Shown piece by piece: positions 29,777 to 38,818 of a stretch of DNA of 64,000 nucleotides (within the stretch, counting starts at the first letter, position 1; each line of letters begins with the position of its first letter). The notes under the pieces are model-generated. The model worked only from the letters and a program-made list of their open reading frames with translations. It did no database searches and was not told the origin of the DNA. The translations under genes and the position numbers were made by a program. The DNA is from Lachnospiraceae bacterium (lineage in GTDB: Bacteria > Bacillota > Clostridia > Lachnospirales > Lachnospiraceae): positions 17-64,016 of the forward strand of contig JAGARW010000051.1 of the NCBI GenBank assembly GCA_017621975.1, read 5' to 3'.

Positions 29777-31509
29777 TACGCAGACACCTCCTTATCCATT
29801 TGAGACTCATAAATTTCACGATACGTTTCGCACTGCGCCAGCATTTCCTCGTGCGTTCCCATTCCCGCGATCCTGCCTTCCTCCATGACGATGATCTTAT
29901 CGGCGTCCATAACGGAAGTAATACGCTGCGCAATGATGATCTTTGTCGTTTCTTTTAATTCCCCCGCGAAGCTCTTTCTGATCTCCGCTTCGGTCGCCGT
30001 ATCGACCGCGCTCGTACTGTCGTCAAGAATCAGTATCTTAGGCTTTTTCAGCAAAGCGCGCGCAATACAGAGACGCTGCTTCTGCCCGCCGGACACATTG
30101 ACGCCTCCCTGGCTTAAATTCGTTTCGTATTTTTCCGGGAAAGAATCGATAAAGTCAGCAGCCTGCGCCGCGGACGCCGCAGCCTCGATCGTTTCCATAT
30201 CCGCGTTTTCGTCTCCCCATCTGAGGTTGTCGGCGATCGTGCCGGAAAACAGTACGTTTTTCTGAAGCACCATGCCGACGCTGTCGCGTAAATGACGCAG
30301 GGAATAATCTCTGACGTCGACGCCGTCTACATAAACGGCTCCTGCGTCCGCGTCATAAAGGCGCGGAATCATCTGCACAAGCGTCGTTTTTCCGCAGCCC
30401 GTCGAACCGATGATTCCAACGGTCTCTCCCGCCTCAATCCGAAACGAAATGTCGGACAGCACCTTTTCCCGGCTGCCTTTATAATAGGAAAAAGAAACGC
30501 CGCGAAACTCGACCGTGCCTTTTGTGATGACGGCGTCCTTTTTCTGCGAATCCTCATCCGTCAGATCGATCCGCGTATCAAGCACCTCCGTAATTCGCTT
30601 CAGGCTCGCGACCGCACGGCTGCTCTGCAGCAGTACCATCGCAAGCATCATAAGCGACATCAACACCTGTACGATATACGTCGTAAACGCCGTCAGATCG
30701 CCGACAGGCATCGTGCCTGCAAGCACCTGCTTGCCGCCTGTCCAGACGACCGCAAGCGTCGTTACGTTCATCGCAAGCATCATGATCGGCATATTCAGAA
30801 TCACGACGTGGAAAGCGCGCAGTCCCGACTGCTTCAGATCCGCGTTCGATGCGGCGAATTTTTTCTTTTCGAAGTCCTCCCTGACAAACGATTTGATGAT
30901 CCGTACATTCGTAAGAGCCTCCTGAATCCGGGAATTGAGCGCGTCGATCTTTTTCTGCATAACGCTGAATCTCGGAAACGCGACCTTTATCACGGCTCCG
31001 ATTGCAAGCGCAAGCAGCGGAATGACGACTAGCAGAATCGTCGCAAGCGCAGGATTCATGACAAACGCCATGATAACCGCGCCGATCAGCATACCGGGCG
31101 CGCGCAGTAGAAGCTTCAGCCCCAGAAGAATCACATTCTGCACCTGCGTTACATCGTTCGTCAGCCTTGTTACAAGCGAACCTGTACTGAACGTATCTAT
31201 ATTATGGAAAGAAAACTCCTGAACCTTGCGGAACAGATCGCTTCGAAGATCCGCTGCAAAGCTGATCGACGCCTTCGCCGCAAAATAAGAGCCGCCGATT
31301 CCGCCCGCCATCATAATGAAAGCCGTCAGAAGCATAACGCCGCCGATCGAAATAATATATGGAACATTATGCGTCGCCGCGCCGACGTTGATGATCTTTG
31401 CCATGAAAAAAGGAAGCAGTACCTCGCCGAGCACTTCCGTTATCATCAGGATCGGACCGAATACAAACGATTTCCAATATGGTCTGATATATTTTACATA
31501 TCGTTTCAT
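29776..31509 (-). CDS. ABC exporter ATP-binding/permease subunit (degenerate-site partner)
   Basis: GSTGCGKTT, VSGGQKQ, ILDDSTS and IAQR motifs, typical of the non-canonical half of a heterodimeric exporter. Confidence 0.95.
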   Translation of the reverse strand: MKRYVKYIRPYWKSFVFGPILMITEVLGEVLLPFFMAKIINVGAATHNVPYIISIGGVMLLTAFIMMAGGIGGSYFAAKASISFAADLRSDLFRKVQEFSFHNIDTFSTGSLVTRLTNDVTQVQNVILLGLKLLLRAPGMLIGAVIMAFVMNPALATILLVVIPLLALAIGAVIKVAFPRFSVMQKKIDALNSRIQEALTNVRIIKSFVREDFEKKKFAASNADLKQSGLRAFHVVILNMPIMMLAMNVTTLAVVWTGGKQVLAGTMPVGDLTAFTTYIVQVLMSLMMLAMVLLQSSRAVASLKRITEVLDTRIDLTDEDSQKKDAVITKGTVEFRGVSFSYYKGSREKVLSDISFRIEAGETVGIIGSTGCGKTTLVQMIPRLYDADAGAVYVDGVDVRDYSLRHLRDSVGMVLQKNVLFSGTIADNLRWGDENADMETIEAAASAAQAADFIDSFPEKYETNLSQGGVNVSGGQKQRLCIARALLKKPKILILDDSTSAVDTATEAEIRKSFAGELKETTKIIIAQRITSVMDADKIIVMEEGRIAGMGTHEEMLAQCETYREIYESQMDKEVSA

Positions 31510-31604
31510 TAAAAAACCTCCCTGAAATTCCCATATTATTAAATTTTACGTTTATTTGATTCCCGCGTCAATGATCGCCGCGCATAGTTAATAGAATTTT
31601 CACA

Positions 31605-31666
31605 AAATTGGTATGGTTAAAAATAATCCGATTGGCTATTTAAGCAATGCCACTTTTGCGTATAAT
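31605..31666 (+). promoter_or_regulatory. Promoter with possible PdxR (MocR-family) sites
   Basis: Two direct ATTGG motifs and an inverted CCACT precede TATAAT (31661-31666), upstream of vitamin B6 salvage genes. Confidence 0.4.
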
Positions 31667-31725
31667 AAGCATCATAAAACAAAAGAGCGATTGCCATAAG
31701 AAACCGCTCGGAAATGAGGACTGTT

Positions 31726-32328
31726 ATGAAAAATAAAAAAGCATTTCAAATTGCATCCACAGGATTAATGGCAGCATTATCTTATGTAGTATTTACATTT
31801 TTGCAGATTAAAATCACGCTGCCCGGCGGAGACGCCACTTCTATCCATCTCGGAAACGCGGTCTGCGTTCTCGGCGCGCTGATTCTCGGCGGCGTATACG
31901 GCGGACTCGGCGGAGCGATCGGTATGACGATCGGCGACCTGTTCGATCCGGTCTATGTCATTTATGCCCCGAAAACGCTGATTCTGAAATTCTGTATCGG
32001 CATGATCACCGGCATTGTAGCGCACAAGGTCGCGCACATTACTTATTCCAATGACAAAAAGTACATACTGCGCTGGACGATTCTTTCGGGCGCGGCTGGT
32101 CTTGTTTTCAACGCCGTCTTCGATCCGCTCTTCGGCTACTTCTACAAGCTCCTTATCTTAGGTAAGCCCGCGGCAGAGCTTGTGCTTGCATACAACGTAG
32201 CGTCCTCCGCGTTTAACGCGGTCATTTCACTGATCGCCGCCACGATCGTCTATATGGCGCTGCTTCCCGCCTTGAAAAAATCGGGATTATTTATTACAAT
32301 AGGAAAAAATAAAAAGGCGGAACACTAA
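31726..32328 (+). CDS. ECF transporter S component (likely vitamin B6 vitamers)
   Basis: IHLGNA...GGAIGMTIGDL S-component motif; next to a pyridoxal kinase gene. Confidence 0.85.
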   Translation: MKNKKAFQIASTGLMAALSYVVFTFLQIKITLPGGDATSIHLGNAVCVLGALILGGVYGGLGGAIGMTIGDLFDPVYVIYAPKTLILKFCIGMITGIVAHKVAHITYSNDKKYILRWTILSGAAGLVFNAVFDPLFGYFYKLLILGKPAAELVLAYNVASSAFNAVISLIAATIVYMALLPALKKSGLFITIGKNKKAEH

Positions 32329-32332
32329 TCTC

Positions 32333-33232
32333 ATGGATTATTTAATTCCTAATTTAACTTCTGATTCAATACCAAAAAAAACGGCAGTTATTAATGATCT
32401 GACAGGATTCGGCCGCTGCTCTCTCGCAGTGGTCCTTCCTATCGTCAGCGCAATGAAGGTACAGGCATGCCCTGTGCCTACTTCCGTTTTTTCGAACCAT
32501 ATGGGCTTTCCTTCTTATTATCATAAAGACCTCTTGGACACACTTTCGCCTTATCTTGGCGTTTACAATACGATGGAAATCTGCTTCGACGGTATTTACT
32601 GCGGCTTTTTAAGTTCGCCCGCGCAATTCAACAGTGTGTTTGAATTTATCAAGTCGCAGCGTCTTCTGGCTGTTTCACAGAATAAAATTCCGCCTGTTAT
32701 TTTAATTGACCCCGTCATGGGAGATCTCGGAAAGCCCTACAAGATCGTGACGAATCCACTCCGTCTGAAGATGAAGCGGCTTGTCCATGATGCGACGATC
32801 CTCACGCCGAATTTAACGGAAAGCTGTATGTTAACCGATACGGTCTATCCCGTTTCCGAGCCTTCCGGCGGCTTTCTCCGTGAAATTACGGAAAAGCTTC
32901 TGCAAATGGGTCCTTCCAAGGTCGCTGTTACCGGTATCTCCAAAGGAAACCGCGTTTACAACTACTGCGCGGAAATGCGGGATGGAAAGCCGTATTTCTT
33001 TACGTATGAAACGCCGTGCAACGGTGAGTCCCGCCCGGGGACCGGGGATATTTTTGCCTCTGTCCTCATGGCGGACGCCTTAAACGGCGTAGAGTTCGAA
33101 ACTTCCGTCCAAAAAGCGGCTGACTTTATCCTGACATGCGTAAACGCCTCCTCCAGGGCCGGCGTGCCCGTGAAAGAAGGCGTTATTTTCGAAAACTATC
33201 TGTCTGCGCTGTTTACTCCCCGTCGGGTATAA
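32333..33232 (+). CDS. pdxK: Pyridoxal/pyridoxamine kinase
   Basis: NDLTGFGRCSL, IDPVMGD, TPNLTE and GTGDIF motifs. Confidence 0.92.
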   Translation: MDYLIPNLTSDSIPKKTAVINDLTGFGRCSLAVVLPIVSAMKVQACPVPTSVFSNHMGFPSYYHKDLLDTLSPYLGVYNTMEICFDGIYCGFLSSPAQFNSVFEFIKSQRLLAVSQNKIPPVILIDPVMGDLGKPYKIVTNPLRLKMKRLVHDATILTPNLTESCMLTDTVYPVSEPSGGFLREITEKLLQMGPSKVAVTGISKGNRVYNYCAEMRDGKPYFFTYETPCNGESRPGTGDIFASVLMADALNGVEFETSVQKAADFILTCVNASSRAGVPVKEGVIFENYLSALFTPRRV

Positions 33233-33410
33233 TGATCGCCGCTATAAAGTACACGACGATCCCTGCGCCGATACTGCCGACGGTCAGCAGCGCCCACGCC
33301 AGACGGATCAGCGTCGGGTCAACGTTAAAATATTCTCCGATCCCGCCGCATACGCCGCAGATCATTCTCTGTGTCCTGCTTCTTTCCAGTCTTCTGTAAT
33401 CGTTATTCAT
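33213..33410 (-). CDS. PspC domain protein
   Basis: RMICGVCGGIGEYFNVDPTLIRL motif. Confidence 0.92.
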   Translation of the reverse strand: MNNDYRRLERSRTQRMICGVCGGIGEYFNVDPTLIRLAWALLTVGSIGAGIVVYFIAAIIIPDGE

Positions 33411-34299
33411 GCTCCATTCCTCCATTCTCAAATGTAATTTCTATCGTTCCCGCCATACAGGTCAGCTCCATTTTGTGATCCGAGCCGTCCCGCGCTCCAT
33501 TCTCTTTATGATCCTCATGCTTCCCGTACGCCTCCGTCAGCTCCTGACCGTCGACCCTGACGGTTCCAATACCGTCCGCCTCATACCGGAAATCCTCTTT
33601 TCTTCCGTCAAGCTTCATTGACAAAGCGCCCATAGCGCATTCGGCTTCCACGCTTCCCCGTATCGTTCCCTGATATATCATCTCACCTGCCCCGACGGAA
33701 AGCTCCATATCTTCCACGTCTGCGGACAAAAGCTCCGCCCTGCCCGCTCCAAGCTCAACATCTAGTTCTTTTGCAGCGACGCCGTTTAATACAAATTGTC
33801 CCGCACCGGCTTCAATGCTGACGGAGTCCTCTGCCCGCAGGTTTTCCGCCTTCAGCATACCGCCGCCAATCTCTATTGCAACGCTGTTTATCACGCTTTC
33901 CTTAGGAATATACAAGGTCATGGAGCTTTTTTTCTTATCATGCTCCTTTCTGGCGCATATCTTCAGTACGCCGCCGTTTCGCTCGTACCCAAGCGTATTA
34001 TCGTCCGTACGGATTCCGTAAAACGCATCGTCCGTTTCTTCGATCGTTATGTCGCAGCCGCCGATCTCCATGACGATGTCCTCAACCTCGTCCGCAGCCG
34101 CCAGTTCCATATTCTCCGCCCCTTCCGGACGTACCGTCAGACTGCCCGGATTCGTCAGTACGATATGCTCGTTCCGGTTCATCCAGAACTGCCTGATCTG
34201 CTCATTTCCTCCAAGCGCAGCCCCAATCATACCAAGCAAAATGCCGATCGAAGCGAGGACTCCTGTAATCCACAATAGGATCTTCCAAAAACGACTCAT
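33403..34299 (-). CDS. DUF4097 beta-strand repeat protein
   Basis: N-terminal TM helix and repeated xExGAG beta motifs. Confidence 0.8.
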   Translation of the reverse strand: MSRFWKILLWITGVLASIGILLGMIGAALGGNEQIRQFWMNRNEHIVLTNPGSLTVRPEGAENMELAAADEVEDIVMEIGGCDITIEETDDAFYGIRTDDNTLGYERNGGVLKICARKEHDKKKSSMTLYIPKESVINSVAIEIGGGMLKAENLRAEDSVSIEAGAGQFVLNGVAAKELDVELGAGRAELLSADVEDMELSVGAGEMIYQGTIRGSVEAECAMGALSMKLDGRKEDFRYEADGIGTVRVDGQELTEAYGKHEDHKENGARDGSDHKMELTCMAGTIEITFENGGMEHE

Positions 34300-35060
34300 A
34301 CGCTCCGCGCCTCCTTTCCTCTATGGAACGGTTTTCTGCACAGCTCCACAAACGCCCGAAACGCCATAACGCTAAACTTTAACAGCGCCCATACAAAAAA
34401 TACGGTTGTAAGAAATCCGACTGCCGTCAGGACCATTCCTGCCCCGATCAGGATGAGACCTCCCGCCGGCGTCTCCGCAAATCCTGCGATCCCGACCAGC
34501 GCCAAAGCAATACCTCCTATGAAAACTGCCGCGCCCACCGCTGCAAAAACTGCGATGACTGCCGCAATCGCAGTAAGCAGTGCAAACACGACGGAAGCCG
34601 CCGTAACCAAAAGCGGTATGCATACCGGCGCCGCCAGAACACAAAGCAAAATGACAGCGATCCATTTCCAAACGTGCATCTTCCGTTTGCCCGCCGTTTC
34701 GTTTCCGTCAGGATACGTCCCGTCCTCCGCGCTCTTGCCCGTTTCCCGGTATTCGCCGTCCCGCTCCGCTTTGTCCGCGCCGCGTCCCGCTTCCCCGGTC
34801 TGCGCCGGATAGTCTCTGACGCCGTCCGCCCCAAACCCGGTCTCCGTAAATTCTCCGCACAATCCGTTTTCATCCATTCCGTTTCGTATACTCTCAGCCA
34901 GCTTTTCCGGCGCGCCGAGACTTTTCAGCACGTCCTGTTCATTTTCCGCTCCCGCATCGTCAAAATATTCATTATAATATTGCAGCGCCGCTTCCTTTTC
35001 TTCTGCCGGAATGTCATAAAGCGCGCGTTCCAGCGCCTGCATAAATTCCTCTCTATTCAT
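34296..35060 (-). CDS. DUF1700 (HAAS) membrane protein
   Basis: MNREEFM...YYNEYFDDAG...LGAPEKLA plus C-terminal TM helices. Confidence 0.88.
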   Translation of the reverse strand: MNREEFMQALERALYDIPAEEKEAALQYYNEYFDDAGAENEQDVLKSLGAPEKLAESIRNGMDENGLCGEFTETGFGADGVRDYPAQTGEAGRGADKAERDGEYRETGKSAEDGTYPDGNETAGKRKMHVWKWIAVILLCVLAAPVCIPLLVTAASVVFALLTAIAAVIAVFAAVGAAVFIGGIALALVGIAGFAETPAGGLILIGAGMVLTAVGFLTTVFFVWALLKFSVMAFRAFVELCRKPFHRGKEARSV

Positions 35061-35127
35061 CGTGTCCTCCGTTCCGAGACGCTTTTTCGAGTTTTCCTCC
35101 CCGAAAAATTCCTGTGATCTTAGCGCA

Positions 35128-35406
35128 TTACCGCATCCATTCTCCTTCGTACAGATTCAGCTGCGCTCTCCCCTTTTCCGTCAATTTGTAATACCGCCTG
35201 TTCCTTCCGGCGCATTCCCTGTCGTAAACCTCCAGACATTCGTCCTTCTGCAGCCTGCGAAGCACCGGATAAAGCGTAGACTCTGAAATTTCAATCGCCT
35301 GCCGGACCTCCTGCGTAATCTTATATCCGTACGTCCCTTCCTCGTCTCTCGATACGACGGACAATACGATCGCGTCCAGCAGCGCGGCTCCCGTATTAAA
35401 AACCAT
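35128..35406 (-). CDS. PadR family regulator (apparently truncated by a premature TAA)
   Basis: YGYKIT, SESTLYPVLRRL and RRYYKLT motifs. The frame continues past the TAA to a TAG at 35053. Confidence 0.88.
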   Translation of the reverse strand: MVFNTGAALLDAIVLSVVSRDEEGTYGYKITQEVRQAIEISESTLYPVLRRLQKDECLEVYDRECAGRNRRYYKLTEKGRAQLNLYEGEWMR

Positions 35407-35458
35407 GTTCCCTCCGTTCAGACCATGCCGTACTTCCATTCCATATAACATCTCCATC

Positions 35459-35513
35459 CAATATTATATGTCATATAATATTGTTTGTGTTTATACTATA
35501 CGATGTATAATAT
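35459..35513. promoter_or_regulatory. Two palindromic operators upstream of padR
   Basis: CAATATTATATG-T-CATATAATATTG (35459-35483) and the related ATACTATAC-GAT-GTATAATAT (35493-35513). Confidence 0.7.
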
Positions 35514-35662
35514 TATTTGTCAAAACATTTCTTTGTATTGTAGTTTCTATTACGAAACGTTTTGCGCCCGCCACTGTACAAAAGCGCAGAACATGCGCTA
35601 TAATATCCAAGGATGCCGCCCAAAAGCGCGCCAAAACGATCCATGATAGGAGAATTTGTCTT

Positions 35663-36577
35663 ATGAAATACAATCGTCTGCTTGGGCATCTGCTCTGCAT
35701 CGCCAGCGTCCTGATCTGGGGCACGACTTTCATTTCCACAAAAGTGCTTCTACAGGGCTTCTCTCCGGTAGAGATTCTCTTTTTCCGCTTTCTGCTCGGA
35801 CTTGCAGCGCTTACGTCAGCCTGCCCGAAACGGATGACAGGGACGACGCCGCGGCAGGAATTTTTCATGGCGCTTGCCGGGCTGTCCGGCGTTACCCTTT
35901 ACTATCTGTTTGAAAATATTTCGCTAACCTATACGACGGCGTCCAATGTCGGTATTATTGTCTCGGCCGCGCCGTTTTTTACAGTACTGCTCTCGCATCT
36001 GCTTCGGCAGGGAGACCGGCTGACTTTGTCCTTTTTCGTCGGTTTTCTCTTCGCAATCGCCGGAATCGGTCTAATCACCTTTACCGATATTTCGCAGCTC
36101 CATTTAAACCCGTTCGGCGATTTTCTCGCCATTACGGCGGCAATGCTCTGGGCAGTTTATTCCATTGTTATGAAACGGGTCAACGGCTTCGGGTTCTCTG
36201 TTTTGCTCGTCACAAGAAGAATTTTTCTTTACGGGCTGTTCTTTATGATTCCGATGCTGTTTATCCTGCCTTTTTCTCCGGACTTTCCAAAGCTTGCAGA
36301 TCCGCTCTATCTGGGAAATTTTCTCTATCTCGGTATCGTTGCGTGCGCAGTCTGCTTTGCAATCTGGAATTATGCGCTCAAAATTCTCGGAACAATGGCG
36401 ACGAGCATTTATATCTATGCGATACCTGTCGTAACCATTATCGCTTCTTCACTGCTCCTGCGTGAATCCATGACGGCGGCCGCTCTCTTTGGCAGCCTGC
36501 TCACGATCGCCGGACTGATACTTTCAGAAGAAAAAAATTTTCATTGGACAAGGAGGAACCATCATGATTCGATTTGA
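35663..36577 (+). CDS. DMT/EamA family transporter
   Basis: IWGTTFISTK motif, about 10 TM segments. AGGAG RBS before ATG 35663, so the longer ORF-track start is unlikely. Confidence 0.92.
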   Translation: MKYNRLLGHLLCIASVLIWGTTFISTKVLLQGFSPVEILFFRFLLGLAALTSACPKRMTGTTPRQEFFMALAGLSGVTLYYLFENISLTYTTASNVGIIVSAAPFFTVLLSHLLRQGDRLTLSFFVGFLFAIAGIGLITFTDISQLHLNPFGDFLAITAAMLWAVYSIVMKRVNGFGFSVLLVTRRIFLYGLFFMIPMLFILPFSPDFPKLADPLYLGNFLYLGIVACAVCFAIWNYALKILGTMATSIYIYAIPVVTIIASSLLLRESMTAAALFGSLLTIAGLILSEEKNFHWTRRNHHDSI

Positions 36578-37601
36578 ATGCGACTATCTGGAAGGGGCGC
36601 ATCCCCTCATCATGCGAAGACTTATGGAAACAAACCTTGAGCAGACGCCGGGCTACAGTACCGATGAACACTGCGCGCATGCGCGCAGACTGATCCGCGC
36701 AGCGTGCAATGCGCCGGATGCGGACGTACATCTTCTTGTCGGCGGCACGCAGACGAACGCCATTGTGACCGCTTCTATTTTAAGACCCTATCAGGGCGTA
36801 CTCTGTGCCGAAACAGGACATATCAACGTCCATGAAGCAGGCGCTATCGAGGCCTGCGGTCATAAAGTCCTTCCGCTTGCAACAACGGACGGCAGGTTAT
36901 CGGCAGAAAGCATTCAGGCTTACTATGACCGCCATTTTCAGGACAGCGACCACGAACATATCGTACAGCCTGCAATGGTATACATCTCCCAGCCAACCGA
37001 AAATGGCACGCTCTATTCCAAGGCGGAGCTGACTGCCATCAGCACATTATGCAGACGCCTCGGTATGCCGCTCTATTTGGACGGCGCCCGAATGGGCTAT
37101 GGGCTTGCCTCTCCGAAAAATGATCTGACGCTTTCTGATATTGCTTCCCTATGCGACGTTTTTTACATCGGCGGCACGAAAGTCGGCGCTTTGTTCGGAG
37201 AAGCCCTCGTCATTACCAATCCGGCGCTCAAAAAGGACTTCCGCTATCTGATCAAACAACGCGGCGGACTGCTTGCCAAAGGCAGACTGCTCGGCATCCA
37301 GTTCGAAACCTTATTTGCCGACGATCTGTATATGATGATCTCCCGCCACGCGATCACGCTTGCAATGCAGATCAGGAAAGAGCTGCTTGCTAAGGGCATC
37401 CCTCTCTACTATGATTCCTACACGAACCAGCAGTTTCCGATCCTGACAAAGGAGCAGACCGCTATTCTGAAGAACGATTATACTTTCAATTTTTGGGCAG
37501 ATCTGCCGGACGACAGGAGTGTCATCCGCCTGTGCACCTCATGGGCAACTATGCCGCAGCATGTAGCGCAGCTTTGTGAAACAATCCGCAAGAAGCTGTA
37601 A
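36564..37601 (+). CDS. Low-specificity L-threonine aldolase family (PLP) enzyme
   Basis: FECDY, GGTQTN, HINVHEAGA, LDGAR and IGGTK motifs. Confidence 0.9.
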   Translation: MIRFECDYLEGAHPLIMRRLMETNLEQTPGYSTDEHCAHARRLIRAACNAPDADVHLLVGGTQTNAIVTASILRPYQGVLCAETGHINVHEAGAIEACGHKVLPLATTDGRLSAESIQAYYDRHFQDSDHEHIVQPAMVYISQPTENGTLYSKAELTAISTLCRRLGMPLYLDGARMGYGLASPKNDLTLSDIASLCDVFYIGGTKVGALFGEALVITNPALKKDFRYLIKQRGGLLAKGRLLGIQFETLFADDLYMMISRHAITLAMQIRKELLAKGIPLYYDSYTNQQFPILTKEQTAILKNDYTFNFWADLPDDRSVIRLCTSWATMPQHVAQLCETIRKKL

Positions 37602-37936
37602 TGTTTACATAAAATTCCAATAATAGCTGTTATTTTTGCAGTTCATCTTGCAAGTCGGTTTTTTAAAAAAATGACACACGAACCGCTTTTTTACGGGAAA
37701 AGATGGAGAAATCCCCAATTTCCACATAGTTATCCACAGCGACACAACAGTCATTTTTACAAAAAATGACTGTCATTCTTGCATTTTTGATTTTATTTCG
37801 ACTCGTTTTTTCGAAATTTATGATCAAAGTACAAGATACATAATACTTTTCAAATTTAAATTATGTAGACCGACATTTATAAATATCACCTGCTATTTAT
37901 ATAAAATACAAACTCTTTCCAGAAAGGAATGATTCT

Positions 37937-38806
37937 ATGAACGAATTGATTATCGGCTCTCATGTCGGCATGAGCGGAAAAGAAATGTTTCTCGGCTCTG
38001 TCAAAGAAGCGCTTTCCTACGAAGCCAATACATTCATGCTCTATACGGGAGCGCCGCAGAACACAAAACGAAAAGAGCTCTCGCAGCTCCGCATTCCGGA
38101 AGCGCACGCGCTCATGGAAACTTCCGGTATCAGCAGCTTTGTTGTCCATGCGCCTTACATCATCAACCTTGCCAATACGGTCAAGCCGGAAATCTTTCAG
38201 CTTGCGGTAGATTTTCTCGCCTTAGAAGCGCAGCGGACAGCCGCTATGGGGAGCCGTATCCTCATACTGCATCCCGGTTCTCATGTCGGAGCGGGCGCGC
38301 AATGCGGCATTGCAAAAATCATCGAAGGACTCAATGCCATTTTGACCGCAGAGACTCCGGTTCTGATCGCGCTTGAAACAATGGCGGGAAAAGGCTCCGA
38401 GATCGGACGCTCCTTTGAAGAGCTTGCCGCCATCTATGACGGCGTCGCACATTCGGAAAAGCTGCGCGTCTGCTTTGATACATGCCATGTCAACGACGCG
38501 GGCTACGATATTGTAAATGACTTTGACGGCGTTATCGACGCCCTCGACCGCTTGATCGGGAAAGACCAGATCGCCGTCTTTCACATCAATGACAGCAAAA
38601 ATGAAAAAGGCGCCGCCAAAGACCGGCACGCCAACATCGGGCAGGGAACGATCGGGCTTGCAGCGCTGCATGCCATCGTCCACCATCCCGCTTTTGTCAG
38701 CGTCCCAAAAATTCTGGAAACGCCTTATATTCCTTCTTCTGAAAATCCCGAAAAATCAGTCGCTCCTTATAAAAAGGAAATTGCGCTGCTGCGCAGACCG
38801 CTATAA
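37937..38806 (+). CDS. nfo: Endonuclease IV
   Basis: [35 protein letters not shown] and DRHANIG motifs. Confidence 0.97.
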   Translation: MNELIIGSHVGMSGKEMFLGSVKEALSYEANTFMLYTGAPQNTKRKELSQLRIPEAHALMETSGISSFVVHAPYIINLANTVKPEIFQLAVDFLALEAQRTAAMGSRILILHPGSHVGAGAQCGIAKIIEGLNAILTAETPVLIALETMAGKGSEIGRSFEELAAIYDGVAHSEKLRVCFDTCHVNDAGYDIVNDFDGVIDALDRLIGKDQIAVFHINDSKNEKGAAKDRHANIGQGTIGLAALHAIVHHPAFVSVPKILETPYIPSSENPEKSVAPYKKEIALLRRPL

Positions 38807-38818
38807 CGGCGCGCGGCG

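Noticed and set aside
37718-37738. oriC
   Set aside because: Only one perfect DnaA box, no dnaA/dnaN neighbourhood, and no switch in gene orientation bias.
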